From an uncultured virus (IMG/VR IMGVR_UViG_3300048609_000040) (taxonomy: Duplodnaviria > Heunggongvirae > Uroviricota > Caudoviricetes), in the IMG/VR virus record IMGVR_UViG_3300048609_000040: a stretch of DNA of 64,000 bases. One strand, 5' to 3'. Below, piece by piece: positions 51,589-62,170 of the stretch. The translations under genes were made by a program, and so were the position numbers. How positions within the stretch are numbered: the stretch's first letter is position 1; each line of letters begins with the position of its first letter. The notes below the pieces were generated by a model that was not told the DNA's origin, did not search any database, and saw only the letters and a list, made by a program, of their open reading frames with translations.

Positions 51589-52365
51589 TTATGTCCTACT
51601 AAGCAGGTAGGCTGCTTCGTACTTGGCTAGCGCACCGTCCATCAAGACATTCAAGTCGTCTTGCCAGGGCTCCCAAACCGGATCCAGTGAAGCGGTCAAA
51701 CTGGAAACGTTGTTCGAGACGTTGTCACCATGAGAAAACACGACGTAGAGATAGGGCGGCTGTTGTAGTCTTGCCAGCTTCGCCTTCTTCTCGACGAGCA
51801 ACTTGTAGACGAATCCGTCATCACTACCTTGTGCTTGAGCAGGGAAACCGCCGACCGCTAGTCCTAACTGGCGGCGAAAGCACATCGTTCCAGAGACCAA
51901 GTACTGTGGAGGATTGTTTGCTCCTGGAAATTGGTAGGCTCCTGTGAATCGTTTCTTGTCGCTCAATACGTGCAGCAAGAAGGTCCAATCGCCGACCACA
52001 TCGACCTCTGAGCTGATCAGTTCTACAGTCTTTTCTAATCGCGTTGGAGCATGCCAGTCATCGTCGGCCCACAAAGCAACCCACTCGTGTTGAGCAACTG
52101 TGATACAGGCGTTGTACTTTTCTCCGAGTGTTCGTTCGCCTTGTAGGTAGACGTAGCGAACCCGTGGATCGGCGAGTGGGACCAGATTCGAGATGTGTTC
52201 TTGGGCACCATGAGGGTCGAACGGGTCAGCTGGTACATAAGGATCGCCATCGACAACAACTACTAGTTCGCTGTCGCTAAAGGTTTGATGTTGCCAGCAT
52301 TCGATCGCCAAAGGCAAGCACCACCAACGGCGAGCTGTTGTAGGACATACACAGGAGATCTTCAT
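51589..52365 (-). CDS. glycosyltransferase family 2
   Basis: ISCVCPT, VVVDG, WADDDW and GSD motifs. Confidence 0.88.
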   Translation of the reverse strand: MKISCVCPTTARRWWCLPLAIECWQHQTFSDSELVVVVDGDPYVPADPFDPHGAQEHISNLVPLADPRVRYVYLQGERTLGEKYNACITVAQHEWVALWADDDWHAPTRLEKTVELISSEVDVVGDWTFLLHVLSDKKRFTGAYQFPGANNPPQYLVSGTMCFRRQLGLAVGGFPAQAQGSDDGFVYKLLVEKKAKLARLQQPPYLYVVFSHGDNVSNNVSSLTASLDPVWEPWQDDLNVLMDGALAKYEAAYLLSRT

Positions 52366-52369
52366 GATC

Positions 52370-52804
52370 TTAGCCAAGTTGACGCCGAAGAACGGTTGTG
52401 ACTGGGTTGTCCTTGATCTCAACAATGCAAGGTAGTTGTCGTCCTAAAATCTTCGCAGCCGTGTATCGATGGTGTCCATCTTCCAACTCGAATCGGCCAT
52501 TGCGAAAACTTACTTCGCAAGGTTCTTTAAAGCTAACTGCGGCGGCCCAGCGGTGCGGTGAGATTCCTTGACGACGGGCAGACTCGATTTGGCCGTATGG
52601 ATTGACAAGATCATCAGGGTAAATGATTGCTATCTCTTCTGGACAAAGATCAAGAAGCGTGCCGCTCTCAAAACCAAACGCCAGACGGTCAAGTACGTCA
52701 ATAGGCAGCTCAATCAACTCTTCTTCGGTCCAGATTCTTGTGAGTTTTTCGTACCGCGGACGCGGACGGGTTTTTCCACAGGACGGTCTGGACGTCTTCT
52801 TCAT
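52370..52804 (-). CDS. ParB/Srx-like N-terminal domain protein
   Basis: LEDGHHRYTAA motif. Confidence 0.75.
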   Translation of the reverse strand: MKKTSRPSCGKTRPRPRYEKLTRIWTEEELIELPIDVLDRLAFGFESGTLLDLCPEEIAIIYPDDLVNPYGQIESARRQGISPHRWAAAVSFKEPCEVSFRNGRFELEDGHHRYTAAKILGRQLPCIVEIKDNPVTTVLRRQLG

Positions 52805-52992
52805 GTGCGATCTAGCTTACATTGCGTCTTTGGGAATCACAAGTTGTTTTAGTGGGTTGCAAGATTTGTGTGTAGCATAGTTGGTAGTTGAATATTTTGT
52901 AGGGTATAAAGTCTTACTGTTTGAAGGCCCCGAGGGGCGACGACAGCTTCTGGTGAGAGAAATGCTTCACTTTCAAGTATTCCGAACAGAGA

Positions 52993-53469
52993 ATGAGTGG
53001 TTTTTTGTGGGTGTGTGCCAGCGGTGCGGTGCAGTGGCGTCGAGCATCATCGATGGTGGGGACGCCACTAGAAAAGCGGCAGAGCTGTGCAAGTGCAACT
53101 CGTCTCGCTGTTCGTCTTGCCGATGTTCGTCTTGTAGATCCTGTCACCCACGAAACGTTACTTTTTGAGGAACCGCACCAAATGGGTGGTGGTACTCAGA
53201 TATTGGGCGGAACACGGGAGCTTTGGCTCAACGTCACGTACAACTATTCCACTCATTTTGTACGTGTCCTCGGCGAGGGTGGCATCCGTTGCATCTACGG
53301 TAGAACGGGCGCCGAGGTGATCCCCGTTCTTAAGGCGGGGGCAGCAGCACTCGGTAACGACATCGGTAAAGACTATTGGGAGGCTACTGAAGGCAACGCA
53401 AAACGTGCGTTGCTACAACTGCTAGCTATGGCCTACATGCGGCCGGATGGTGTGTTCCAGGGAGACTAG
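52993..53469 (+). CDS. hypothetical protein
   Basis: NVTYNY...DYWEATEGNA; start uncertain. Confidence 0.6.
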   Translation: MSGFLWVCASGAVQWRRASSMVGTPLEKRQSCASATRLAVRLADVRLVDPVTHETLLFEEPHQMGGGTQILGGTRELWLNVTYNYSTHFVRVLGEGGIRCIYGRTGAEVIPVLKAGAAALGNDIGKDYWEATEGNAKRALLQLLAMAYMRPDGVFQGD

Positions 53470-53674
53470 TGTTATGCCTGAACGAATCGTTTAGAGGTTC
53501 GATTGGTGACAAGTTTTGGTCGGTCGGCCGGCCAGTGAGCGAGCGTCTGCTAAATCCTGGTTGGAATATGAAGAAACGATGGAGGAGGCGCGTCAAAACA
53601 GAATCGACGGCTAGTTGCTACTGTCAGACCTGTGTGTTAGATAGGTAAAAGGCTCCGAGGAGCTGTAAGGCAGC

Positions 53675-54790
53675 ATGTCCAACAAGAACCTGATTCCGGT
53701 ATTGAATTACCGACAAACAGCAGCTGCCGTAGCTTGCTGCATTCGTGCTCGACGGACCGCGTTGTTGGTTGGTGCTCCGGGTGTTGGTAAAACTATGTGC
53801 GTCCGTGATGCGGCAGCTGCAGTAGGGCTACCCTGCTACGATCTCATCGCGTCGAATATGGATCCGACAGACATTGCCGGCCTGCCCTATCGTGACGCCC
53901 GCACGGGTCATGTATGTCGCGAGTTGTTTCCCGAGATCCGTGCAGTGGTAGAAGAAGCGGCGGTCCTGTTCCTCGACGAGGCAACCACGATGCCAAAGTC
54001 CGTCGAAGGGCCGTTGCTTCGTCTCGCGTTGGAGCGCAACGCAGGCGGGGCGCCGTTGCATCCTGGCAGCTCTGTGATTATGGCGTGCAACCCGCCTGAC
54101 CAAGCACCAGGCGGTATCGAACTGTCTGCGGCAATGATCAACCGTGTGGTGGTTCTTCGATACGCGCCTGACCTGGCCGAGATCATCAGCTATTTCAACG
54201 GTGAACCTGTTCAAGCTATGCCGAATGTTCTCGATGAAGACGAGTTCCAGAAGGCGTGCAAGACAGAGTTTTCGGACTTCGCGGCGACGGTGTCACACGT
54301 CACCGATTTGGTCACCTACGATCCGCCTCCTGCATCCATCGACCAGGGCGAGCCATGGGCCTCTCCTCGTGCGTGGGAGATCGGCCTTTCGTGTCTTGCC
54401 GCTAATGGTGGTGTCGAAGACGACGTTGGTGCTGCGCTGCTCGCCGGAGCGGTCGGTCCTCTTTCGGCCGACGCCTACCTGGCCATCCGCAAGCTACGGG
54501 CCAAACTGCCCTCCATCGAACAGATTCGAGGGAATCCAGTCAAGGCAACCGTGCCAGCCGAGATGGACTATCAAATCGCGGCGTTGGGTGTGCTCGCACG
54601 TGTAGCACAAACAGATGTGTGGGCTGCTTGGATCTACGCAGAGCGGCTACTACCCGACATTGGTGCTGCCGCAGGTAGTTTTCTACAGCACAAACACGTG
54701 CCGTCATACAGCAAATGGGCTGTACTTGGGCAAAAAGCACAGGTCGCCTTGCTGGAAGCTGTCCACATCCGAACGTCCATCGCATGGTAG
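53675..54790 (+). CDS. MoxR-like AAA+ ATPase
   Basis: Walker A GAPGVGKT, Walker B LFLDE, ACN sensor, SPRAW. Confidence 0.92.
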   Translation: MSNKNLIPVLNYRQTAAAVACCIRARRTALLVGAPGVGKTMCVRDAAAAVGLPCYDLIASNMDPTDIAGLPYRDARTGHVCRELFPEIRAVVEEAAVLFLDEATTMPKSVEGPLLRLALERNAGGAPLHPGSSVIMACNPPDQAPGGIELSAAMINRVVVLRYAPDLAEIISYFNGEPVQAMPNVLDEDEFQKACKTEFSDFAATVSHVTDLVTYDPPPASIDQGEPWASPRAWEIGLSCLAANGGVEDDVGAALLAGAVGPLSADAYLAIRKLRAKLPSIEQIRGNPVKATVPAEMDYQIAALGVLARVAQTDVWAAWIYAERLLPDIGAAAGSFLQHKHVPSYSKWAVLGQKAQVALLEAVHIRTSIAW

Positions 54791-56004
54791 CAACACTGAA
54801 AACTACTTCGCAGTTGATCACGCGGGCTCGAAGTTGCTTTCAAACTTTGGCCTGGCAGCATCCGTTTTTCGGCCTGCCGGCCGCTCGTGTGTGTATTCGT
54901 GTCGCTTCCGTCGTGGGAACCACCGTTGTAAACACAGCAGCTGTCGACGATCGCGGTACTGTGTACCTGAACCCTGTGTTTTGTTGGAAACTTACAAAGC
55001 CAGAGTTTATGTTCGTCCTGGCGCATGAAATCATGCATCTGTTGTTGTTTCATTTTGCTCGGCAGCAGGGTCGCAAGGAGAAACGTTGGAATCGCGCTAC
55101 AGATCGCGCGATCAATTTTGGGTTAGTACATATCGGTCTTTCCCGACCTGCAGTGGGATTGATGCCTCTTGATCAATCACACAACGGGTTTACTTCTGAA
55201 CAACTATACGAAGTCGAACCCGAGATCGAAAACGATGCTGGAGGCACAGCGCTACCACATGTAACAGGCGGATGTGGTGTAATCCCAGCGCCGATAGCTG
55301 GCCCGCCTGGAGAAGGTGAAACACCTACGCCGCGAAGCGCAAGTGAAGTCCGTCGTAACTGGCGTGAAACGGCAAACGCTGCAGTTCGTGCTGCTATGAG
55401 CGCCGGTGATCAGGCTGGTGATACGCTTGGAAACGTTCTGCAAACGCCGCCAAGTCGCGTGAAGTGGTCACATGTCCTTCGGAGTGCTTTCTCTCGTGCA
55501 CTTTCTGCACACGGTTGCGACGACGTAAGCTACACACGACGACACCGTCGCAGTTTCGACAGCATGTTCATTCTGCCAGGCGGAATCACATACAAAGCGT
55601 TAGTCGCTGTTATCGTAGACACATCTGGATCGGTAAGTGATGAGTCTCTTGCACAAGCTGTCAGTGAGGTTGAAGCGATTGCCAAGCAGCAATCTGTAGC
55701 AATCTTCTTGGTCACACATGACGCGATAGTGCAGCATGCGAAGTGGTTACTACCTGGCGTGTCACGGACGGTGATAGCAAAGACCATGATTGGGCGTGGC
55801 GGAACGTTGTATACACCCGCGTATCAAGCGGTCGAAAAAGCTGCTAAGAGATTTGATCATGTCGTGCATCTGACCGATGGAATGCCTTGTGAAGCCTGGC
55901 CCGCACGGCCAAAAAACTGCCGCTGCCTCGTAGTCGCGTTGATTGGTTGCAAGCAAGCCAACGCGGTACCCATCAACGCCCGTGTGGTCGAGGCCGAAAT
56001 ATAG
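54784..56004 (+). CDS. metallopeptidase-vWA (DUF2201-like) partner of the AAA+ ATPase
   Basis: HEIMH zincin motif; VDTSGS, GGT and LTDG MIDAS. Confidence 0.9.
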   Translation: MVATLKTTSQLITRARSCFQTLAWQHPFFGLPAARVCIRVASVVGTTVVNTAAVDDRGTVYLNPVFCWKLTKPEFMFVLAHEIMHLLLFHFARQQGRKEKRWNRATDRAINFGLVHIGLSRPAVGLMPLDQSHNGFTSEQLYEVEPEIENDAGGTALPHVTGGCGVIPAPIAGPPGEGETPTPRSASEVRRNWRETANAAVRAAMSAGDQAGDTLGNVLQTPPSRVKWSHVLRSAFSRALSAHGCDDVSYTRRHRRSFDSMFILPGGITYKALVAVIVDTSGSVSDESLAQAVSEVEAIAKQQSVAIFLVTHDAIVQHAKWLLPGVSRTVIAKTMIGRGGTLYTPAYQAVEKAAKRFDHVVHLTDGMPCEAWPARPKNCRCLVVALIGCKQANAVPINARVVEAEI

Positions 56005-56032
56005 AGGCCGAAATATAGTCCCCGAGGGGAAC

Positions 56033-56848
56033 ATGAAAAATACGAAAACTCGTCCCTTGTCCAGCAAGGAAAAGCAACGTCGCGATGACTTCCGCAAGCG
56101 TATTGGGGTACGGCCTGGATACATAGTCATCGACTCGTCCACTCCTTCGGGTGGGGTCAAATATGTACGTGCGCAGAAGCGTAAAAAACTACCCAAAGGA
56201 GCAGCAAAAGACGATCTGTACATCACACGTACAATCGACAACGTCCAGGTTGTGACAGCAATCGATGCCCTACGGAAAAAGGTAGATTACGCGTGCCGGC
56301 GTCATTGTACGCGAACTGTGTTCGGGTGGTACTGCGACGACATTTCACGTGCAGCTTTGGAGACGGAGATCAACGGTCTGCGAGAAGAGGCAGCCGTTTT
56401 GAACGTCCTAGCAGAGGCAGTTGGTTCCACCCGTCGAATTCCTGTCCATGTCGTATTCGCGCGGTTGGTGCGTAGTTACTCGGCGGCCAGTGAGGTTGCG
56501 CGAACAATCCGAGAGGTCTTCACGGAGGCTCTTGTAGCCTTGCGTACGGGACAGGTTAGGAACACGTTGAACACGAAAAATCAGCTCCACGCACCGCTTC
56601 TCAAATTACCAGGCCTTGAAAGCCTTACAGATGGAGAGCTGGTCCCGAAGGCCATAATGTGCATTGCTGCAGCTAAGACGCAATTACTTCATACGATTCG
56701 TACCAAAGGGAATCTGGCTGTTGTAGCGGCTAGGCTGGAGCTGTCGCCGTTGGAAGAGGCGATTTCGTTTTTTCAAGAGGACGGAATTGCGCTGCAAGAC
56801 ACACAACAGAGGCGTATTGCTAAGAAGTTGCGTGCTTTGAAAGGATAA
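56033..56848 (+). CDS. hypothetical protein
   Basis: GAGGGG RBS; operonic. Confidence 0.7.
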   Translation: MKNTKTRPLSSKEKQRRDDFRKRIGVRPGYIVIDSSTPSGGVKYVRAQKRKKLPKGAAKDDLYITRTIDNVQVVTAIDALRKKVDYACRRHCTRTVFGWYCDDISRAALETEINGLREEAAVLNVLAEAVGSTRRIPVHVVFARLVRSYSAASEVARTIREVFTEALVALRTGQVRNTLNTKNQLHAPLLKLPGLESLTDGELVPKAIMCIAAAKTQLLHTIRTKGNLAVVAARLELSPLEEAISFFQEDGIALQDTQQRRIAKKLRALKG

Positions 56849-56850
56849 AC

Positions 56851-57132
56851 ATGAATCCGTACGAATGGCCTGTTGATGTCAACAGTGATTCTTGGCGCAT
56901 CGCACCAAACGGTAACCGTGTGAAGCTCGGCTACGGCGTGACGCTCGGCGACGACGTGCAGCTCGGCTACGTCGTTCGTGTAGGGTACCGTCCCGAGTGG
57001 GTGGGGCTCTGCCCAGCCGATCATGACTTGATCTGTTTGCGTGTTCGTGTACGTGTCGAGGACGTGCTCTTTGCGGGGCTTCCAACCATGGATGCAAAGC
57101 TTCGCGTACGTAAGCTCGAAGTCCTGGATTGA
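56851..57132 (+). CDS. hypothetical protein with hexapeptide-like repeats
   Basis: VKLGYG VTLGDD VQLGYV. Confidence 0.55.
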   Translation: MNPYEWPVDVNSDSWRIAPNGNRVKLGYGVTLGDDVQLGYVVRVGYRPEWVGLCPADHDLICLRVRVRVEDVLFAGLPTMDAKLRVRKLEVLD

Positions 57133-57139
57133 ATCTGCT

Positions 57140-57631
57140 ATGAAGGATTTTACTCGTGATTTCTTCGACGACAACGACGCTGTAAGCGCGTTGTATGACT
57201 ACTGCCTAGCGCTTCGTTTGACGCTGCAGACGGCCCGCTGTGCAGATTATGACCGTCTAGACCTTGCCGGTGCTTGTCGAGATGCGGCGTTGCTTGTTTG
57301 TCGCTACGTACAGGCCCACGGCGGCGTTGCTGAATTGATTGAAGGCACTATCGTCATTGAAGATCTGCACGGTAAAACGAGGGGAGACTACCATTGTTGG
57401 TCTCGCGTAAAGTACGTCGGAGGGGACAGGCTCATCGTAGACATCACGGCAACGCAGTTCAGCGACTCTGTTCCACCTGTACTCATAGTTCCCGAGCGCG
57501 AAGCTAGACGCCGATACTTGTATCGACCGTCCAGTACACTTGCGCCTATCTACACGAATTTGAACGGACTTACGGTACACCAAGCACGGAATGCTCAACG
57601 ACGCGCACTACGCCTTGTAGGAGATCTATGA
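57140..57631 (+). CDS. transglutaminase/papain-like fold protein
   Basis: GAC...HCW...IVDITATQF (Cys-His-Asp). Confidence 0.6.
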   Translation: MKDFTRDFFDDNDAVSALYDYCLALRLTLQTARCADYDRLDLAGACRDAALLVCRYVQAHGGVAELIEGTIVIEDLHGKTRGDYHCWSRVKYVGGDRLIVDITATQFSDSVPPVLIVPEREARRRYLYRPSSTLAPIYTNLNGLTVHQARNAQRRALRLVGDL

Positions 57632-58206
57632 ATCAAATAGTACAAACACCGATTCAAGCAATCGTAGCGGCCGTCGAGGCGTTCTTCAGTGAAATGGCTG
57701 TTGACGTTCCTGACGCTACCCAACAAGCCCAGGAGAACCGTACACTAGCTAACGGGGCCGTCGTCCAAGCTATTCATGCGGTGGAGGCGGCCCTACAGGG
57801 AGCGTTAGCAGGGAACGCTATACGAGGGCTTAGGAATCTAGGACACAGCACTGACCCCCTTTACGCGGCACGCGTGCGCGGTAAGCCTGACAGTCGTGTA
57901 GCGTGGCCAGACGAGGCGAACGACAGTGTAGAAACACTTGTCTTGACAGTCTCGGGAGCACTACGTATGGCTGTGTGTCGTACAGACGGCCAAAACTATA
58001 TGCTGCCGATGGTCTTGCGGGAGGTACGGGATGATGATATTGAGGCCGAAGACCTGGAACATCTGCTACGCACTCTGATCGAAATCATTCCACGTACCGT
58101 AAATTATGCAGATCGTGGCAGTGAACGCTATGCTGCACTTCGGCAGCTGGCAGTAGACGCTATGAAGCTGTTTGTTGGTGTTGGGAAGGACGAGAGGGAT
58201 AGTTAA
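57628..58206 (+). CDS. hypothetical protein
   Basis: AGGAG RBS; ATGA coupling. Confidence 0.65.
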   Translation: MNQIVQTPIQAIVAAVEAFFSEMAVDVPDATQQAQENRTLANGAVVQAIHAVEAALQGALAGNAIRGLRNLGHSTDPLYAARVRGKPDSRVAWPDEANDSVETLVLTVSGALRMAVCRTDGQNYMLPMVLREVRDDDIEAEDLEHLLRTLIEIIPRTVNYADRGSERYAALRQLAVDAMKLFVGVGKDERDS

Positions 58207-58225
58207 CATCCTGCCTTGAGCAGTC

Positions 58226-58684
58226 ATGAGAGAGTGTACGGGATATATCTGGGACTGGATCGGTCGTGCCAAGGTCGTTGTTACGACCAACATCGGTTGG
58301 CGAGCTAACGGCGCGAATGTCATGGGGGCAGGCCTCGCCAAGCAGGCCGCCGGCCGCTACCCAGGCATCGCTATCTGGTACGGCACATGGTGTCGCGGCC
58401 ACGCGTCCGAGTCCTGCGTCATCGAACATCCACAATATCCACTTATCTTCTTCCCGACTAAGCGTTTGAACCCGCGTGTCCCACATCTGTCGTGGCAATA
58501 TGATTCAGACCTCGACACGATTCGTCGGTCGCTTGCAGACCTTGCTCGGTGGTCTGGTGACGGCCTAATCGCCTTACCGCTCGTCGGCTGCCAAAACGGC
58601 AACCTGAAGGAAGCTGCTGTTCTACCCGTACTTCGTGAGTTTCTTGTCGGCGATCGTTTCGTTCTCGTGAGGAGAGCACCGTGA
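58226..58684 (+). CDS. macrodomain (ADP-ribose processing, Poa1p/DarG-like)
   Basis: TTN...VMGAGLAKQ...FPTK...LPLVGCQNGNL. Confidence 0.85.
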   Translation: MRECTGYIWDWIGRAKVVVTTNIGWRANGANVMGAGLAKQAAGRYPGIAIWYGTWCRGHASESCVIEHPQYPLIFFPTKRLNPRVPHLSWQYDSDLDTIRRSLADLARWSGDGLIALPLVGCQNGNLKEAAVLPVLREFLVGDRFVLVRRAP

Positions 58685-58727
58685 AGCCGACGGCTTTAAA
58701 AGGTGTTTAACACCAGAAGGATAAACA

Positions 58728-58946
58728 GTGAGAACTACCATACAAGCGTTCGCGGATGCGTTAGGCGCTGATTACGCCACTACTAGCAGCCTTCTTCGAT
58801 CGTTGGCTACACTCAAACTCGTACAAGCTGTTGGTGTCGACAAGAAGGACTGCAAGGGAAAGGGCAAGCTCGTCTATGAGATCGACGTGGGTGTAGGCGC
58901 TCAGCTTGATTGGTTGTTCGCTGCTGCATTAGACAAGCTGGCATGA
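58728..58946 (+). CDS. small winged-helix-like protein
   Basis: TIQAFADALG...GKGKLVYEI. Confidence 0.5.
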   Translation: MRTTIQAFADALGADYATTSSLLRSLATLKLVQAVGVDKKDCKGKGKLVYEIDVGVGAQLDWLFAAALDKLA

Positions 58947-59890
58947 CTAGAAAGGCAGAGATCAAGCTGCTAGACGGGAGGTACGTCGTCTTCGACGATG
59001 ACGTACCGATGCGAGAACGGTGGGCCGCCCTGGCACGGTTGAATCTAAGGCACGCAGATTTCCTTGAAGGTGACTACACTGGCTTCGATCTGACAGGTCT
59101 CGATCTGTCCTATGCCAATCTTCGTGGTTGTTGTTTTATGGAAGCCGACCTGTCTGGTGCTGTACTCGAACACGTAGACGCATACGGTACGGTTTTCACC
59201 TCCGCCAGGATGCGCGGTGCAAAGCTCAATTTTGCTGTGTTGGAAAAGGCGGTCTTCAGTGCTGCTACACTAGAAAACGCGTCATTGCACATGTGCTGTG
59301 GTCCGCAAGCAGTTTTTGATCGTGCGGTTTTGCACGGCGCGCACATGAATGAAGCAAACTTTGCTGGTGGACACTTTCTTGACGCGCAGATGACTGATGC
59401 TGACTTGTCAAAGTGTGACTTCACTGAAGCTGTATTGGACGGGGCCACGCTTAACAACACAAAACTAGTTGCAGCAAAGTTCGTTGGTGCGTCTCTCCGT
59501 AACGTGCTTTTGCACAAAGCTACAATCTCTGAGACGTCCTTCGCCAACGCCGATCTTTCCTTTGCAGATTTTCAGGGGTTGATCGCGCGGAGTCAGAAAA
59601 ACGACTTTACCGGTATGCGATTAAGAGGCGCCAAGAACATAGCCAACGACCTCTATTCGTTTGGCTACCTACAAGACTTGGCGCCGTTAGTACGACGTTA
59701 CGAAGCATACTATGACAAGGACGCTCTAGCTTATGACGTCCAACAGGTGCTTGCACGGCTGTGGTTTGAGCGTTCTATCTCAGGTACAGATGTATTACTA
59801 GAACCTGTTGAATCACTTATTGCGGCGGCGAAAGCACTAGCAGTGACGTTAAGTATTGAGGAGTCCAAGAAGAGGGGATCGAAATGGTAG
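58943..59890 (+). CDS. pentapeptide repeat protein
   Basis: Long A(D/N)L/F-xx repeat run. Confidence 0.92.
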   Translation: MTRKAEIKLLDGRYVVFDDDVPMRERWAALARLNLRHADFLEGDYTGFDLTGLDLSYANLRGCCFMEADLSGAVLEHVDAYGTVFTSARMRGAKLNFAVLEKAVFSAATLENASLHMCCGPQAVFDRAVLHGAHMNEANFAGGHFLDAQMTDADLSKCDFTEAVLDGATLNNTKLVAAKFVGASLRNVLLHKATISETSFANADLSFADFQGLIARSQKNDFTGMRLRGAKNIANDLYSFGYLQDLAPLVRRYEAYYDKDALAYDVQQVLARLWFERSISGTDVLLEPVESLIAAAKALAVTLSIEESKKRGSKW

Positions 59891-60588
59891 AGATCAAAAA
59901 CGAGGAACTGAAATTGGCGTTAATCAAGGCTCAGATAGACGCTGATGTTGTACTGCTAGCATTGAACCGTATCGACGAAGACGATAAGTTTAGAGACGCG
60001 CTCGCGGCCTTGATGGCAACAAACGTGCCCGACAAGACAACCGTGATAGCCAACTTTGTGAACGGCCAAGCATCAAGCACTTCCGCCGAGCTGACTGATC
60101 TAACACCGGAGATCACAACTAAAGAATTGGTTCATGTGCTCAACACAAAAGCGGTGCAAACCGCCGCAAGGTTGCTAAAAACCGATGCGTTAAAAGAACA
60201 CATCCAGACGATGGTTTCTACACGTGTAGATGAGTTGATCGGCATCGTACTAGGTTACAAAAAGCGATTTAACCAGTGGGAAATGGATTATACCAACGAT
60301 CGTCACTCGACGGCCCGTAATGCCATCGAGACCTTTGTGGCTAGTCATGTAGGGCCTATGCTGCAGCGAGCAATCGCTGAACAGGAAGACGTGTTGGTGG
60401 CACATGTAAAAGCGTGGGTACACGATACAATGGTGCGAGCCACTTCCACCTATTACAAGGAGGCGTGTGAACAAGCCATTAAGAAACAGGTTAGACAATG
60501 GATGGAGAATCGTGCACAGCTCGACATTGAGAAACTGTTTGCCGAGCTTGACGGCAAACCGGTTGCTCCTCTACGCGACTTGACGTAG
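59884..60588 (+). CDS. helical hypothetical protein
   Basis: GAGGGG RBS; overlaps the upstream stop. Confidence 0.65.
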   Translation: MVEIKNEELKLALIKAQIDADVVLLALNRIDEDDKFRDALAALMATNVPDKTTVIANFVNGQASSTSAELTDLTPEITTKELVHVLNTKAVQTAARLLKTDALKEHIQTMVSTRVDELIGIVLGYKKRFNQWEMDYTNDRHSTARNAIETFVASHVGPMLQRAIAEQEDVLVAHVKAWVHDTMVRATSTYYKEACEQAIKKQVRQWMENRAQLDIEKLFAELDGKPVAPLRDLT

Positions 60589-60664
60589 AGACCGGCTATT
60601 GAGTTGACTACGCCCTGAAGATCTCCTACTCTGTAGCAATTCTGTAGAGAGTACGATGTAGCTC

Positions 60665-61006
60665 ATGTGCAAAATAACAGCCTTGTCCGAAGACACCTTT
60701 GACAGCTTCCTAGCCGATGCTAAGTTGCCTGTCTTGATTGACTTTACAGCGACCTGGTGTCCGCCCTGCAAGACGATCGCACCGTTCCTCAAAGCGCTCG
60801 CGACCAAATACGCCGACAAGCTCGTGGTGGGAAAAGTTGATATCGACAAGAACCCCAAGATTACTAGCCGTTATCATGTGGATGCAGTACCAACACTGCT
60901 TCTCTTCAAACGGCGAAAAGTGGTTGAAAAGCTGATCGGCGCCTATCCGAAAGCTACAATCGAAAAGACGCTGAAAAAGCACGTAGGGCTGAGTAGTGCT
61001 GCCTAG
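60665..61006 (+). CDS. trxA: thioredoxin
   Basis: DFTATWCPPC and VPT cis-Pro motif. Confidence 0.93.
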   Translation: MCKITALSEDTFDSFLADAKLPVLIDFTATWCPPCKTIAPFLKALATKYADKLVVGKVDIDKNPKITSRYHVDAVPTLLLFKRRKVVEKLIGAYPKATIEKTLKKHVGLSSAA

Positions 61007-61325
61007 AATCGAGAACTGGTCAGTTAGCCAGCAGAACGCTAATCCCTATCAGCCGCCAGAGGCGGCCTGTCTTGTCGTGTATGGGCTGGTCTATGGACAT
61101 CCTAGGCATAAGGACGGCAGGTCTATCAAGACCTCAGCAGTCATAGCTGCTAAAGGACGTCGGATCTGGACCGAACACACTGTGTATGATCTTGGGCGAA
61201 TCAGCCCTAAATATCGTCAATGGCTTCACAAGAACCGTCCCAACTGGGATTGGCGCAACCCGATTACGATGCCGCTACCATCGAAGGAGATGGAGCTGAG
61301 CGTGGACAAAGAACCCTTGTTGTAG
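60996..61325 (+). CDS. hypothetical protein
   Basis: IENWS...G.VYGHP...DG..I.TS pattern. Confidence 0.7.
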   Translation: MLPRIENWSVSQQNANPYQPPEAACLVVYGLVYGHPRHKDGRSIKTSAVIAAKGRRIWTEHTVYDLGRISPKYRQWLHKNRPNWDWRNPITMPLPSKEMELSVDKEPLL

Positions 61326-61336
61326 TTGAGGAGACC

Positions 61337-61627
61337 ATGGCTGAGTACGTAGACCAGAATCTAGTTTGTGTCGATTGTCATAACCCCTTCGTGTTCGAGG
61401 CTGGCGAGGCAAAGTTCTTCGCTGAGCGAGGGTACGATACCCCGAAACGGTGCAAGGCATGCCGTGACATAAAGAAGGCCCAGCGAAACGGGCAGTCACA
61501 GCCACAGTCTGCTCAAGGAAACGAGGGACCTGTTCAAGTCTTCCGTGAGGATCCTCATCAGCGCAGCTACAAAGACACGTGGGAAGATGATCAGGCTCCG
61601 CGAAGACGTCGCGGACGTCGTCAATAG
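61337..61627 (+). CDS. zinc-ribbon (CxxC...PKRCxxC) protein
   Basis: LVCVDC..FVFEAGEAKFF.ERG..PKRCKACR; GAGGAG RBS. Confidence 0.85.
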   Translation: MAEYVDQNLVCVDCHNPFVFEAGEAKFFAERGYDTPKRCKACRDIKKAQRNGQSQPQSAQGNEGPVQVFREDPHQRSYKDTWEDDQAPRRRRGRRQ

Positions 61628-61635
61628 GAACAGCA

Positions 61636-61953
61636 ATGCCAACCGATACAATTTCGCGGAGGGATCTGCTCCCCCGTGTCGCTAAGCTCTATTGTGACGC
61701 TGTGGAGCTATTAGAAGAACTAGGCACGGGTTCTGCTGTCGCTTATGGAATGTTGAAGGCAACAACCATCATCCTGTTCGGGATAACGCAGCAATTGGCT
61801 ATACCCTCTTGTGAAAAGCTGCCGGACATCAATGAGGGATCACTGGAAGGGACGACACCTGTATTTCCAGGGACGACACCTGCATTTGCTTGTCAGTGCA
61901 AGAGTTGTGTAGATGCACTCGACGCCCAGTACGGCGATGACAACAAGGACTGA
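61636..61953 (+). CDS. hypothetical protein
   Basis: Operonic ORF. Confidence 0.55.
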   Translation: MPTDTISRRDLLPRVAKLYCDAVELLEELGTGSAVAYGMLKATTIILFGITQQLAIPSCEKLPDINEGSLEGTTPVFPGTTPAFACQCKSCVDALDAQYGDDNKD

Positions 61954-62170
61954 TCCAATCGAACCTGTACAAGCTATCTTGCTTGTACAGAGTTGGGCAG
62001 GCCTTACGCGGCACCCGATCGAAGTCGTCGGTGAAACACCGAAGAGGTATCGCGTTCGTCATCTCGATGCTGCGTTTCGCGGAAACCGAGGGTGGAAAGT
62101 TGGTGATGTTCGCCTCGTGCCACGGTGCGCAGTAAGGTTCGGAAAACGATAAATCGAAGAAGAACATTTC

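Noticed and set aside
55991..56018. Tandem 14-nt duplication AGGCCGAAATATAG
   Set aside because: Simple duplication across a stop codon, with no evident function
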